A program made the position numbers and the translations under genes. From a virus (lineage: Duplodnaviria > Caudoviricetes), in IMG/VR virus record IMGVR_UViG_2693429913_000006, positions 959 through 64,958 of that record: a stretch of DNA of 64,000 nt; one strand, 5' to 3'. Of this stretch, positions 1 through 9,339 are shown in pieces. The notes beneath the pieces are model-generated. The model searched no databases. It was not told the DNA's origin and was given only the letters and a program-made list of their open reading frames with translations. Every line of letters starts with the position of its first letter. Within the stretch, counting starts at the first letter, position 1.

Positions 1-195
1 TGGCACCTATTCATCATCTTTCTCCTAACTAATCGGGAGATGAGAACTATTGGCAGTTTTCTGTGATCTCTTACGGGATTGAGATCCGCCTGCACTAAGT
101 TAAAACAAAGAGAACACCTTTTCCCCTTGCAATACCATAATAACCCAATACTAAACTGTATTTCAAGTGTGATTTGAAAGAAAATATAATTATTT

Positions 196-726
196 TTAAA
201 AATTTCTCCGTGTCCATGCTCTCAAATCTTCGTCTTTCAGTATCTTTCTCCATTCTTCCAGAGGTGCAATCCTTGCTTGTATTTCCTTTTGTGGCCATTC
301 TCGTCCTAGTTTGATACACCGTTCTCCAAGCACAGACAGCCATGATCCAGCAACATTTAATATCTTGGCTGCCTGTCTTGCCGAATAACATACCTGTGCA
401 TCGGGATCTTCAATACTTCCTTGTTCTCTAGCTCCCAATGTATTACGAGGCTTCAATTTCTTCTTCCTTTTTGTTATCGGCTGTAAAATTTTTTCCCATT
501 CTTCAGGTGGAGCTTCCCACGGTGCTCTACTCCCTACTCGCCTCTTGATCGGCCACGGGTTTCCTTCGGCTGCGCTTTTCCGTGCTAGACTTGCAACATA
601 GCTGACATCCAGACCAGCCCTTCGTGCAGCTTCTTTTCCATTTATGTATCGGTTGGCTTCCATTCCATCCCCCCTATCCTTCCTATTCGTTCTAAATTGA
701 TTATCAATTCTAATGTATTTTAACAT
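196..726 (-). CDS. hypothetical DNA-binding protein with two similar HTH-like repeats
   Basis: Internal duplication: INGKEAARRAGLDVSYVASL..WP..W EAPPEEW vs YSARQAAKILNVAGSWLSVL..WP..IAPLEEW; excisionase/MerR-like HTH pattern; probable start at MEANRY after GGGGGA. Confidence 0.5.
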   Translation of the reverse strand: MLKYIRIDNQFRTNRKDRGDGMEANRYINGKEAARRAGLDVSYVASLARKSAAEGNPWPIKRRVGSRAPWEAPPEEWEKILQPITKRKKKLKPRNTLGAREQGSIEDPDAQVCYSARQAAKILNVAGSWLSVLGERCIKLGREWPQKEIQARIAPLEEWRKILKDEDLRAWTRRNF

Positions 727-1067
727 CTATTTAACAAGTTGATTTTTAACTAATAGTCTACATACTGACTTTTTTATGGACTATCGTCAAGGATTTGACC
801 AGGACAAATAGCAAAAAAAGCATCCCTCTATCCTCCCTTCTTTTTTAAGAGAGATAGCAGAATGCTTTCCTGTTTTCTATGTCTCCGTTTTCTTTGGGAG
901 ACGAGCGGAGACGGCTCCTATAATGGTTTCGGCTATCAGCATCTTCGTCCTCCTGACCTGTAAATATTGTTTTACAGGATTCTGGTTGTACAAAATCCCA
1001 AATGTTGTATAACATATAGCCAACAACCCAGTTTTACGGATAAATGTAAAACAAGGAGGACAAGAAT

Positions 1068-1853
1068 ATGGGTCATATTATATCGTTCGGCATGGGTAAA
1101 GGCGGCGTTGGAAAGACTTCAACCTGTGCTATCATTAGTGATTTACTAGCAAACGCTGGTTACAAAGTTCTAGCAATAGACTTTGACTCCCAGGGGAATC
1201 TCACGCAAATGATTACTAGAAAGAGCCTTTTTGATTTCGAAGAAAGGACTATCCTTGAAGCACTAAAAGAAAAGAATGCTCTTCCCTATATCCATGCGAT
1301 CAGCGATAACTTTCATCTCATCCCTGCTGATGATTTCCTAGCATACCTATCCAAATACATTTATCGAGACTATAGTGGCAATCCCATGACTCTGTTAGCT
1401 GAAACCATACAGCCACTAAAGGATGCTTATGATTTCATCACGATCGACCTCCCTCCTAACCTTGGAGATCACACATTAAACGGCTTAGCGGCCTCTGATT
1501 TCTCTATCGCTGTCTTCCAACCCGAACCATTTTGTTATGATGGTTTGTTACGTTATGAAGAGACAGTCGAATTAGTTCAGGAACAAATCAATCAAAATAT
1601 GAATTTCTTAGGTGTAATTGTATCTATGATGGATTCAATAGCAACAATTGATGAAGCCATCTATCAGAAAGCATGTAAGCAATTCGGAGAAAAGATGTTC
1701 ACTACTGTAATCAAACGACGTGTAAGGATCAAGGAGTTCTCTATAACGGGTATTCAAAAAGCTGTGACTAGAGATCAGGCAACATTGCAGCCTTATATCT
1801 CGTTGGTAAAGGAGTTGTTAGACCGTGTCAAAGTCAAAGCGAAAGCTATTTGA
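1068..1853 (+). CDS. parA: ParA/Soj-family partition ATPase
   Basis: Deviant Walker A KGGVGKTS, IDFDSQGNLT, DLPPNLG motifs; AGGAGG RBS. Confidence 0.95.
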   Translation: MGHIISFGMGKGGVGKTSTCAIISDLLANAGYKVLAIDFDSQGNLTQMITRKSLFDFEERTILEALKEKNALPYIHAISDNFHLIPADDFLAYLSKYIYRDYSGNPMTLLAETIQPLKDAYDFITIDLPPNLGDHTLNGLAASDFSIAVFQPEPFCYDGLLRYEETVELVQEQINQNMNFLGVIVSMMDSIATIDEAIYQKACKQFGEKMFTTVIKRRVRIKEFSITGIQKAVTRDQATLQPYISLVKELLDRVKVKAKAI

Positions 1854-2313
1854 GGATTTGCTGGGAGAAGTCAAAAAGCCTGAAATACAGGAAACAGAAA
1901 AGACACAAAAGATGATTCCTGTTGAGTCAGTATTACAAGAAGCTATTTATACAGGAATACAGGAAGCCAAGGAGATAGAAATACAAAAGCCTGTACAACC
2001 TGATGTCCAAGAAAGTGTAATTACAGGGAGCCAAGAACCTGTAATTCCTGAAAAACTGGAAGCCGGAAATACTGTTAAGAAGAAAGCCAGCAACAAAGGA
2101 ACCCAGTCTCTTGTACAGCCACTTAGACAGGAATCCAGTCAAGAAGGTAGAGACAAAAAGACTTTTGAATTCAAAAAGTCTTTGGCAAATCGCTTAAAAC
2201 TAGCATCTGTTTTGTTTGATCGCTTTGAATACGAAATCGCTGAAGAAGCAATCAAAATACACTTAGACGAATTGGGCGTTCCTGATCCAAGTACTCTAAA
2301 GAAAAACAAGTAG
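1825..2313 (+). CDS. putative ParA partner (type Ib centromere-binding adaptor)
   Basis: Overlaps parA stop; low-complexity N-terminus and C-terminal KKTFEFKKSLANRLKLAS...EIAEEAI resembling a ribbon-helix-helix. Confidence 0.6.
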   Translation: MSKSKRKLFEDLLGEVKKPEIQETEKTQKMIPVESVLQEAIYTGIQEAKEIEIQKPVQPDVQESVITGSQEPVIPEKLEAGNTVKKKASNKGTQSLVQPLRQESSQEGRDKKTFEFKKSLANRLKLASVLFDRFEYEIAEEAIKIHLDELGVPDPSTLKKNK

Positions 2314-2434
2314 GTCGAATTCCCGATCTGCTTGTTTTTTATTTGGTGGTTATGGATAAACAGGTTAAGCTGAAAACAAGTAATACTGATCTACGGAATT
2401 TTGCAAAACTGATTAGACAGGAATACTAAAAAAA

Positions 2435-2482
2435 GTATAACCAGAAACCTGTAAGTATGTTTTTACAGGTTTCTGGTTATAC
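2435..2482. repeat. perfect 20-bp-arm inverted repeat (terminator and/or parS-like site)
   Basis: GTATAACCAGAAACCTGTAA ... TTACAGGTTTCTGGTTATAC between convergent genes. Confidence 0.8.
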
Positions 2483-2492
2483 GGATTCCCAC

Positions 2493-3539
2493 TCAACCAA
2501 TATTCTCTTTTAGTTGTTTGATAGCTTGTCGAGCTGGCCATTCTTTACATCCAGCTACTTCTTGGAGTTTTCCTCTCCCGGGTACTTCTCCATCTTCTTT
2601 GTAAAGCTGGAGGGCTATTTCATATGGAGACTTTGCATGGCTGGAGGAGGGAGTTGATGTAACTTTTTTTCTGGAGATCTTCCTCTTTTTAGCTGGAGGA
2701 TTGGAAGGTTTCTCCATCACTATCTTGGAGGATTCTTTACTGTTTTCCGTTGGAGACTCCTCCTGATTGTCTCCATATTGACTGGAGAATGTAGAGATGT
2801 TTTCTGGAGTTTCTTGTATAACTGGAGGGGTGATTTCCTCTTCCTTCATGAGAGATATCTTCTCTATCTCCTTGATTGGAGGAATCAAATCCTCCGATTC
2901 TTGCTTGTATGCAATCTCCTCCAGTCCTCTATTTTGTTTGATATGATCGTCTATCTCTATATGGAATGGCTTGGAGTCTCCAACGATCCCTCCATCTAAT
3001 TCTCCTGGAGAAACGACTATAACATTATTGGAGGAATCGTCTATCTTTGTGAAGATTGAATCTCCAATTTTCACTGGAGTAAGTGGAGAATTTTCCACTT
3101 CTTTTTTCTGCTTCTGGTGGAGGAGAGCATCCTGCACAACCATCTCCGCCGCAACTATTAGAAGTGGAATAAGACCTCCAATCAAAACAGCTTCATCCAC
3201 TACAATTCCTCCAATTTTGAAAAACACCAGAGGTTCTCCATTCTTTGCTATACCCGATGTTACATTGGAGTAGACGTTGATTATTACCCCCAACCAGAAA
3301 ACAAACCTCGCCGATCTCCCAACTTTCTCATCGATCCATCTAGACCAGATTACCGTAACCGTACCCAGTACAAAAGTAAGCTCAAAACCAATTACTCCTA
3401 TGTGTGAGAATACTCCTTTATAGCCAGCTCGATCAAAAAGTGCTGTAGTATGCATATACGAAAGGATCAACACACATAGTCCAATCAAACAACCTGCAAT
3501 AACATTAACTTTCACCATTGTTGCTTTGCCTTGTTGCAC
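2493..3539 (-). CDS. membrane protein, DUF2637/spread-protein-like, with C-terminal HTH-like tail
   Basis: Four N-terminal hydrophobic segments beginning LSYMHTTALFDRAGY, acidic/Pro linker, C-terminal PGRGKLQEVAGCKEWPARQAI. Confidence 0.55.
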   Translation of the reverse strand: MQQGKATMVKVNVIAGCLIGLCVLILSYMHTTALFDRAGYKGVFSHIGVIGFELTFVLGTVTVIWSRWIDEKVGRSARFVFWLGVIINVYSNVTSGIAKNGEPLVFFKIGGIVVDEAVLIGGLIPLLIVAAEMVVQDALLHQKQKKEVENSPLTPVKIGDSIFTKIDDSSNNVIVVSPGELDGGIVGDSKPFHIEIDDHIKQNRGLEEIAYKQESEDLIPPIKEIEKISLMKEEEITPPVIQETPENISTFSSQYGDNQEESPTENSKESSKIVMEKPSNPPAKKRKISRKKVTSTPSSSHAKSPYEIALQLYKEDGEVPGRGKLQEVAGCKEWPARQAIKQLKENIG

Positions 3540-3581
3540 CTAGATCACCCTTTCTACCTGTCAAAATGTATTTACGTTTTT

Positions 3582-3617
3582 ACAGGAATACAGGTATATT
3601 TTTTTCTGTATTCCTGT
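3582..3617. repeat. 12-bp-arm inverted repeat ACAGGAATACAG (parS-like motif)
   Basis: ACAGGAATACAG-N12-CTGTATTCCTGT; the same ACAGGAATAC core recurs near 1951 and 2417. Confidence 0.6.
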
Positions 3618-3821
3618 GGAGTCATCTATTATTCCTCGTCATAATTCTGACTACTTGCACACGGTCAAGAATCACACACCGCATCGTCGAGGCAAGCAGG
3701 ATTATATATACACAATTCTACACCATTCCATTCAAAAGTAGCATAGTCAGAACCACAGTATTTGCAAGCCATTTCATCCATCCTTTTCATTGTTATAGGG
3801 AGGAGGGGAGTGGGTCTTCTC

Positions 3822-4397
3822 TTAACGCCGATTATCACCTGTGATCTTTTCCATGATCTCACTATCTAACAAAACATAACAATCTTGAGGACGTTCCAGT
3901 ATGATCATTTCTCGGGCTGATAAGGATTCTAGCTTTCCACCAAGGCCGATCAGTTTCATATCTCTATCTTGCTCCAACGCCCGAACATAGACTTTTTCAT
4001 AGTCTATTCCGTCTCTACAAACAAAGGGAAACGTAGTTCTAGACCTTGAAACAAAGAAGCCGATCGGATACCATTCCATTCTCTTAGCTCGCTCTGTCTC
4101 TCGCTCTATAACGTCTAACTGGAATGCACACTTCTGACAAAATCCTCTTTGATTGATCCCATGTGTAGCTTGAGCCTGCCTGCATTCAAAACACATGGAA
4201 TCATCATGTTCGTGTACTATAATTTCATCATGATTGATCTTGATGGAAAGGGAGGAGCCATCGCCTTGGATAACATAGTAGGGTTCTTGCTTCCAATCAT
4301 CATCGTCGTCCCACATATGGCGATCCTTTTCAATCCATTTCCAAATCTTATCCTCGATCCAGGGCGATTTGGTCACAATCCTCGAAAGCCAATTCAT
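3822..4397 (-). CDS. hypothetical protein with CxxC pairs
   Basis: 191-aa ORF in a tightly coupled minus-strand operon; CFEC..CQKC. Confidence 0.55.
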   Translation of the reverse strand: MNWLSRIVTKSPWIEDKIWKWIEKDRHMWDDDDDWKQEPYYVIQGDGSSLSIKINHDEIIVHEHDDSMCFECRQAQATHGINQRGFCQKCAFQLDVIERETERAKRMEWYPIGFFVSRSRTTFPFVCRDGIDYEKVYVRALEQDRDMKLIGLGGKLESLSAREMIILERPQDCYVLLDSEIMEKITGDNRR

Positions 4398-4869
4398 CGT
4401 CGTCAGCTCCTTCGATCTTCACTATCAGGGAGGCTGGAATGTATTTCATCTGGCCTTCTAGCCCCACTACTCCCAAGCATTTGCCAGATTTCCTACGACG
4501 CTCTTTGATTGTGAGATAGTCAATATCGGGATTCCATACAAACGGGATCACCATGTCATTTTTTAATATCAAGTAGCCTACTGGTACTCTTGCTCTCCCT
4601 GCTCTCTTGATCTCCTCATCAAAAATTTGTTGTTTGATAAAACAATCTACACAAGATCTTTTTTTACCACGCTCGACCCTGTGCATTTTTTTCTTGCATG
4701 AGCATAGGACTTGTTGACGTTCGAAAACTAACTGCTTTTTCTTCTGTTTCGGCTTTCCAAAGAGGCCCTTCTCAACATTTCTAACCTTTTCCAAGTAGTC
4801 TTTCTCTCTGCTCATATCCTCTAATAGCTCATACATCTCTTTGGAGCAACCGCCGTAACTAGTGGTCAT
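4348..4869 (-). CDS. hypothetical protein
   Basis: 173-aa ORF coupled (ATGA overlap) to the NUMOD4-HNH gene; GGAGG RBS. Confidence 0.55.
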   Translation of the reverse strand: MTTSYGGCSKEMYELLEDMSREKDYLEKVRNVEKGLFGKPKQKKKQLVFERQQVLCSCKKKMHRVERGKKRSCVDCFIKQQIFDEEIKRAGRARVPVGYLILKNDMVIPFVWNPDIDYLTIKERRRKSGKCLGVVGLEGQMKYIPASLIVKIEGADDDELAFEDCDQIALDRG

Positions 4870-5453
4870 TGAGCCACCTCCAATATGCGCTTGATCTCTT
4901 TGATATCAACTCCGTATTCCCTAGCTAGGACAGCCATACCGAACTCTTTACAACCAGATCGATGAATGTATTTCACAAATTCCTCATCTTCATGAGATAG
5001 CAGGGAGGAGGAATGAGCTGTTAACTCCCTGATTAACTCTCGCTCCCTGATTGGACTTTGTATGAAATCTTCACGAGACAGAAAGAATTCGAGATTGTCC
5101 AAGCGATTGTTGGCTCTCTTACCGTCTTTGTGCCTGACAGGTTCATCCAGAGCTTCAGGAAAGAAGCTGGAGACAACCAAACGATGGATGTAAGGTTTGC
5201 TGTTCATTCCTTCTTGATGAAGGTTCACGTACATGTATCCTCGTTTGGTACGAAACGACTTGATAGCCAGCTCCTGAAGTACTCGGCGATTCCCATAACG
5301 ATCTTTTTTAACTTGCCTTTTACGTATAACACGACCAAAACTACTGATTTGATATCCCTCATATGAAGGGATATCTCTCCAACATTCCCTCATTTTTTCT
5401 AAAGAGGGTAGTGAAAATTCAATCATGGTTGTGTCCCCTCTCTTCTTGCTCAA
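4866..5453 (-). CDS. NUMOD4 / HNH endonuclease-like protein
   Basis: ECWRDIPSYEGYQISSFGRV (NUMOD4); HRLV..F..VRHKDGKRANNRLDNLE (HNH_3). Confidence 0.85.
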   Translation of the reverse strand: MSKKRGDTTMIEFSLPSLEKMRECWRDIPSYEGYQISSFGRVIRKRQVKKDRYGNRRVLQELAIKSFRTKRGYMYVNLHQEGMNSKPYIHRLVVSSFFPEALDEPVRHKDGKRANNRLDNLEFFLSREDFIQSPIRERELIRELTAHSSSLLSHEDEEFVKYIHRSGCKEFGMAVLAREYGVDIKEIKRILEVAQ

Positions 5454-5609
5454 CCTCCTCTGAAACCAGCGAAATCAAGGTTTTTAATGGGTAGTGTACG
5501 TAGAGGAGGGAAGCAGAGTCTGCTTAGGTATCATCACTGACGAAAAGTTAGTCGAGAGGGGGTGAACTTGCTTGAAAGACCCCTCGACAGATTGATTTAT
5601 AATAAACAT

Positions 5610-5906
5610 TCAAATTTTCAGCTTAATAAGACCACATGCATTCCATGATGAATCGTGTGATTGATTGCTTTTCTGACATGTGGATCCGCTTAGATAGCTA
5701 CAATCACCACAAGTCACAGCGATCCAAGTAGATCCAAATTGCTCCACCATTGGATTCATGTTGTTCAGATCGGGAAGGCAATCTGGATTGAGATACAGCT
5801 GCTGGCCATCGACCAGGAAAAGTTCTAGTTGAATGAAACGTACTGCATCGATCATTTCAACTTCCACCAGCTTTGTGATAGGATGGAGGAGTGATCCAGG
5901 GCGCAA
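5610..5906 (-). CDS. small Cys-rich hypothetical protein
   Basis: TCGDCSYL..C..AC; within the phage-like early operon. Confidence 0.45.
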   Translation of the reverse strand: MRPGSLLHPITKLVEVEMIDAVRFIQLELFLVDGQQLYLNPDCLPDLNNMNPMVEQFGSTWIAVTCGDCSYLSGSTCQKSNQSHDSSWNACGLIKLKI

Positions 5907-6147
5907 ACCTGATCACAGTAGTTTATTTTCCAATCTTCAAGAGCTTCTGGAGTAGTTTCGACTACCTTCAGAAACTCTTTTATTGCGTTGGCCGACTTAG
6001 TATCTAGTTGAACGACGTTCCTCATCTCTTCTCCTCGCTTCCCGTTCAGTATTGAGACTACAAAAGCGATAGGGACACACCCATACACCCCAATAGATTT
6101 GGTACAACTCGGTTCCACAAGATGAACACTTCGATTCTTCGTTCACA

Positions 6148-6471
6148 CTATTTCCTCCATTCATCTCCAGATGATCCAATCAAGTCTCCGCAGTTCTTGC
6201 AATGAAAATTTGTTTCTCCATCTTCCCTGAGCTTTTCATCCCATAAATAGTTGCTTGGAGAAAAGCCACATAGATCACAAGTAGCAGGATTGACTTTCTT
6301 TGCATCCGCCAGGCGAATGATCGTCTGGTCCGTGTAATCATGGTAGGGCTTTAAGCAACTCCAGCAGACGAGACTCTTCCTTCGTAAGCCAGATTCGCTG
6401 ACTTCTCTTGAGTGAGTGGCTCGGTTCGTCTGACACTCCTCACATATTTTCATGTAGGCTCTCCTCTTCAA
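6148..6471 (-). CDS. zinc-finger-like hypothetical protein
   Basis: Four CxxC pairs; likely start at MKICEEC after GGAGAG. Confidence 0.55.
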   Translation of the reverse strand: MKRRAYMKICEECQTNRATHSREVSESGLRRKSLVCWSCLKPYHDYTDQTIIRLADAKKVNPATCDLCGFSPSNYLWDEKLREDGETNFHCKNCGDLIGSSGDEWRK

Positions 6472-6865
6472 TGATCTCGATCAATTTATCCAAAGTATAG
6501 TCAGTCAGCCTCGCAACTTCGTAACAAAAATCAAGGAAATTACTCCATTCTGCTGATTCTTTCGAATGAACATATGCCCGTTTTCCAATGCGCTTTGCTT
6601 GGTAGTAGGGAACTAATCCATATAGTTCATCTAAGTTCTCTGACTTACAGCAGGGACAGGACGCATCCTCAACAGGCTCCCATCTTGCCCAGTCTTCCAA
6701 GTCATTCATCTTCGCTCCAATGACGTACTTCATATAACAGGAATCACAATCAATTGAAATCTCACGATATATCGTCTTCACTGCCATCAATAACAACCTC
6801 CTAAGCGACTCGTTGAATCTCAACAAGTAAGATGTTTTTCTGTCTGGTGAGTTCAGCCAGCCCAT
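6440..6865 (-). CDS. hypothetical protein (likely start 6787, MAVKT)
   Basis: AGGAGG RBS precedes the internal start; CDSC/CPCC motifs. Confidence 0.5.
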   Translation of the reverse strand: MGWLNSPDRKTSYLLRFNESLRRLLLMAVKTIYREISIDCDSCYMKYVIGAKMNDLEDWARWEPVEDASCPCCKSENLDELYGLVPYYQAKRIGKRAYVHSKESAEWSNFLDFCYEVARLTDYTLDKLIEIIEEESLHENM

Positions 6866-6926
6866 ACAAAATTTCCATCTGTTCCTTTTTGGTCTTTGCT
6901 AACCATTTTCGAGGTTGGATTATCAT
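6801..6926 (-). CDS. 41-aa first gene of the leftward operon (not in ORF track)
   Basis: MIIQPRKWLAKTKKEQMEILYGLAELTRQKNILLVEIQRVA with AAAGGAGG RBS. Confidence 0.55.
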   Translation of the reverse strand: MIIQPRKWLAKTKKEQMEILYGLAELTRQKNILLVEIQRVA

Positions 6927-7049
6927 GTGATCGCCTCCTTTGTTGTATCTAAACACATCATATTACTAAACATATTAGTTAGTCAATGATTAATTACTAA
7001 TTTAATTAATAATATTTAAGTATTGATTAATTAAGTTGGCATATTTATA

Positions 7050-7547
7050 ATGGTAGCAGGAGGACGAAATATGACGCCTGTAATGAAATGCAAACTAGAA
7101 CAAATTGCTAAAAAACGTGGGCTGTCCCTTAGAAAGATAGCAACCGACATTGGTCTAAGTGATACGTCATATGAATCGTTGCGACGTATAGCAAAAAATA
7201 TAGCCTCCAGCTTCAATGCAGAAATAATCGGGAAAGTATGTGTCTACTTACAAGTAACTCCTGGTGAACTCTTTGAGGTAGAGGGAGTATCCGTTCCTAA
7301 AGTGGAAAAAGAAGTAAACATTCCATACGAGCTTCACCATTACTTGGATCTAGGCTTAATCCAGCAATGTAACTTTCTTCGTTCAAGTGTTGTTGATTAT
7401 CCAAGACAGAGTCATGATGTTAAGTTTGTTTTTGATCGGGAGTATGAACGACTCAGAAAAGCAATGCAGCATTCCACCGATCCATCTCTCAAAGAGTCGT
7501 TTGAGGAATTAACAACGATCTATCTAACACAAAAGGGGGGCACCTGA
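7050..7547 (+). CDS. Cro/CI-type (HTH_26) transcriptional regulator
   Basis: KLEQIAKKRGLSLRKIATDIGLS...IIGKVCVYLQVTPGELFE; divergent from the early operon across an AT-rich operator region (6940-7050). Confidence 0.85.
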   Translation: MVAGGRNMTPVMKCKLEQIAKKRGLSLRKIATDIGLSDTSYESLRRIAKNIASSFNAEIIGKVCVYLQVTPGELFEVEGVSVPKVEKEVNIPYELHHYLDLGLIQQCNFLRSSVVDYPRQSHDVKFVFDREYERLRKAMQHSTDPSLKESFEELTTIYLTQKGGT

Positions 7548-7871
7548 ATGGATAACATGGAAGCGACCTTGGAAACGATTCTCAAGAGTTTTAATGAAAT
7601 GAAAATAAGTGTAGAGAAGCGTTTTGATAGTATTGATACCCAATTAGATGAGATCAAGTTGGAGGTCAGAGCAACAAAAGAACAGGTCATCAAAAATAGC
7701 GAGGATATTGCGGAATTTAAATCCGACATGGGAGTAAGATTGGATACAGTCGAAAATCAATTGGACGATCTCAGAGAAGGGGAACTGGCTCTGTCTGATA
7801 GACTTCACGATTATGATAAGCAGATGAGGAAACTCAAGAAAAAGGCATTAGAAAGCACCCCTAATAACTAA
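7548..7871 (+). CDS. coiled-coil hypothetical protein
   Basis: Heptad-rich; GGGGGG RBS. Confidence 0.6.
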   Translation: MDNMEATLETILKSFNEMKISVEKRFDSIDTQLDEIKLEVRATKEQVIKNSEDIAEFKSDMGVRLDTVENQLDDLREGELALSDRLHDYDKQMRKLKKKALESTPNN

Positions 7872-8149
7872 ATAGAGGTGCTTAGCCAAAACTATTATTC
7901 TTGTAATAGTCAAAACACAATGGTAGACTTGAACCAACAAAAAACAGAAAGACGACCTTACGCACAGGTCGCCGCTGTCCCTATAGATTAGGGTTACAAG
8001 TATCTGCTACCAACAGATACTTGTAAATAATATATTCAGGTATATTGTATTCACTTTTTATTGCTGGGTCAATAATGTGTGTACAAATTTACTCGAATAT
8101 ATAAAATAGCGAGCGATCCTGCCTAGGTCTAGGGAGGATTTTTGTTTTT

Positions 8150-8300
8150 AATAAAAGCAAAAGAGCCTTCACAGTGTCTAACTTTGGCCGGTTTGCCACT
8201 GTAAAAGCTCTGCTATTATTCGACCAGGAAAGGTCGTTTTATAAACGACTCAACCAAAACCTTGGGAAAGGAACAAGGAAGGTCGCTATATCCATAATTA
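8150..8300 (-). ncRNA. candidate countertranscript (antisense) RNA in the rep leader
   Basis: Minus-strand stem AGAGCTTTTACAGTGGC-loop CCGGCCAAAG-GACACTGTGAAGGCTCT followed by a T-tract; lies antisense and upstream of rep. Confidence 0.4.
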
Positions 8301-8382
8301 CTATTATTCTTATTTTATATACCTGTTGTAATAAAAACAACAGGGGAATTTTGGCTAATTGTGTAGATAAGCAGACTCTTCC

Positions 8383-9339
8383 TTGGTGGTCGATCGAGGA
8401 GAGGAATTTAAATATATGTCAACCACACAAGATAAAGCAGTATTTGAATCTGAAAATGAAAGACTAGGTTTCACCATGATTCCAAATGTCATTCTTACTT
8501 CGACTGTACTGACACCTACCGAAAAGATAGTTTATGGTATTCTTCGTAGATATGCCAGTTTGCCTCAAGGTTGTATGCCTGCTGTCTCTACAGTTTGTCT
8601 AGAGGCCCATATTTCCAAAGCAACATACAACCGGGCCATTAAGACTTTTATCCGTTCTACAGAAAATCCAAATCCTACGATTCCACTCATCACCATCATT
8701 CATCGTCCTAACCAGTCTAACGTATTTAAGTTCCACGATATCTCAGATCAGCTTGTCGAGTTACTAAGATCTGCTGTTCGGATGGAAGAGGAAGAGAAGA
8801 AAATTGCTAAAGCAAAGAAAAAGCGAACAAAAAAATCTTCCAAGTCTCAAAGTGGGTCTCAAAATGAGACTCCCATTGAAAATACTAGGGAGTCTCATTT
8901 TGAGACCCCTCCCCAGACGTCTCAAAATGAGACGTGCCCCGTCTCAAATTGCGACACAAATAATATTGAATTAAATAAACAACAACAACAACATACAGAA
9001 CTAGATAAAAACGTTGTTGTCGTTGTTGATCTCATAAATGAGAAGTTTGGAAAGAAAGTAAGACCTAAACAAGCCAAGGATCTCTTGACCTTAGCTGAAC
9101 AGAATGATGTTGATATAAGTGACTGTATCCAGAATGCAAAAGATTACCATGATGCTGTAGGCTTGAAGAGAAGTATTTATGGTGGTATTCAGTACGCCAT
9201 TACAAATGGATGGGATGTTGAGCCTCCAGCCAAAAGAGAACAAGCTACCACGCAAGCAGATGAAGATCCAACAGATTTGGAGCTTATTAAGGCTAACTTG
9301 ATAGCACAAGGAATTGATCCAGAGGCGGTGGGCTACTAA
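8383..9339 (+). CDS. phage/plasmid replication initiator with N-terminal HTH_36 domain
   Basis: GFTMIPNVIL..LTPTEKIVYGILRRYA..CMPAVSTV..HISKATYNRAIKT; central iterons; followed by DnaB; likely start 8416. Confidence 0.85.
   Translation: MVVDRGEEFKYMSTTQDKAVFESENERLGFTMIPNVILTSTVLTPTEKIVYGILRRYASLPQGCMPAVSTVCLEAHISKATYNRAIKTFIRSTENPNPTIPLITIIHRPNQSNVFKFHDISDQLVELLRSAVRMEEEEKKIAKAKKKRTKKSSKSQSGSQNETPIENTRESHFETPPQTSQNETCPVSNCDTNNIELNKQQQQHTELDKNVVVVVDLINEKFGKKVRPKQAKDLLTLAEQNDVDISDCIQNAKDYHDAVGLKRSIYGGIQYAITNGWDVEPPAKREQATTQADEDPTDLELIKANLIAQGIDPEAVGY
8844..8955. repeat. intragenic iterons (probable origin of replicon 1)
   Basis: Palindromic GTCTCA-N3-TGAGAC at 8856, 8892, 8919; degenerate copies at 8844 and 8941. 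Confidence 0.8.

Noticed and set aside
815-915. Two hairpins between ORF 196-726 and parA
   Set aside because: Imperfect stems with no clear promoter/terminator pairing; not enough to call an ncRNA
5462-5477. 16-bp GAAACCAGCGAAATCA shared with 22332-22347
   Set aside because: Isolated match without flanking homology; it may be a binding site but no function can be supported
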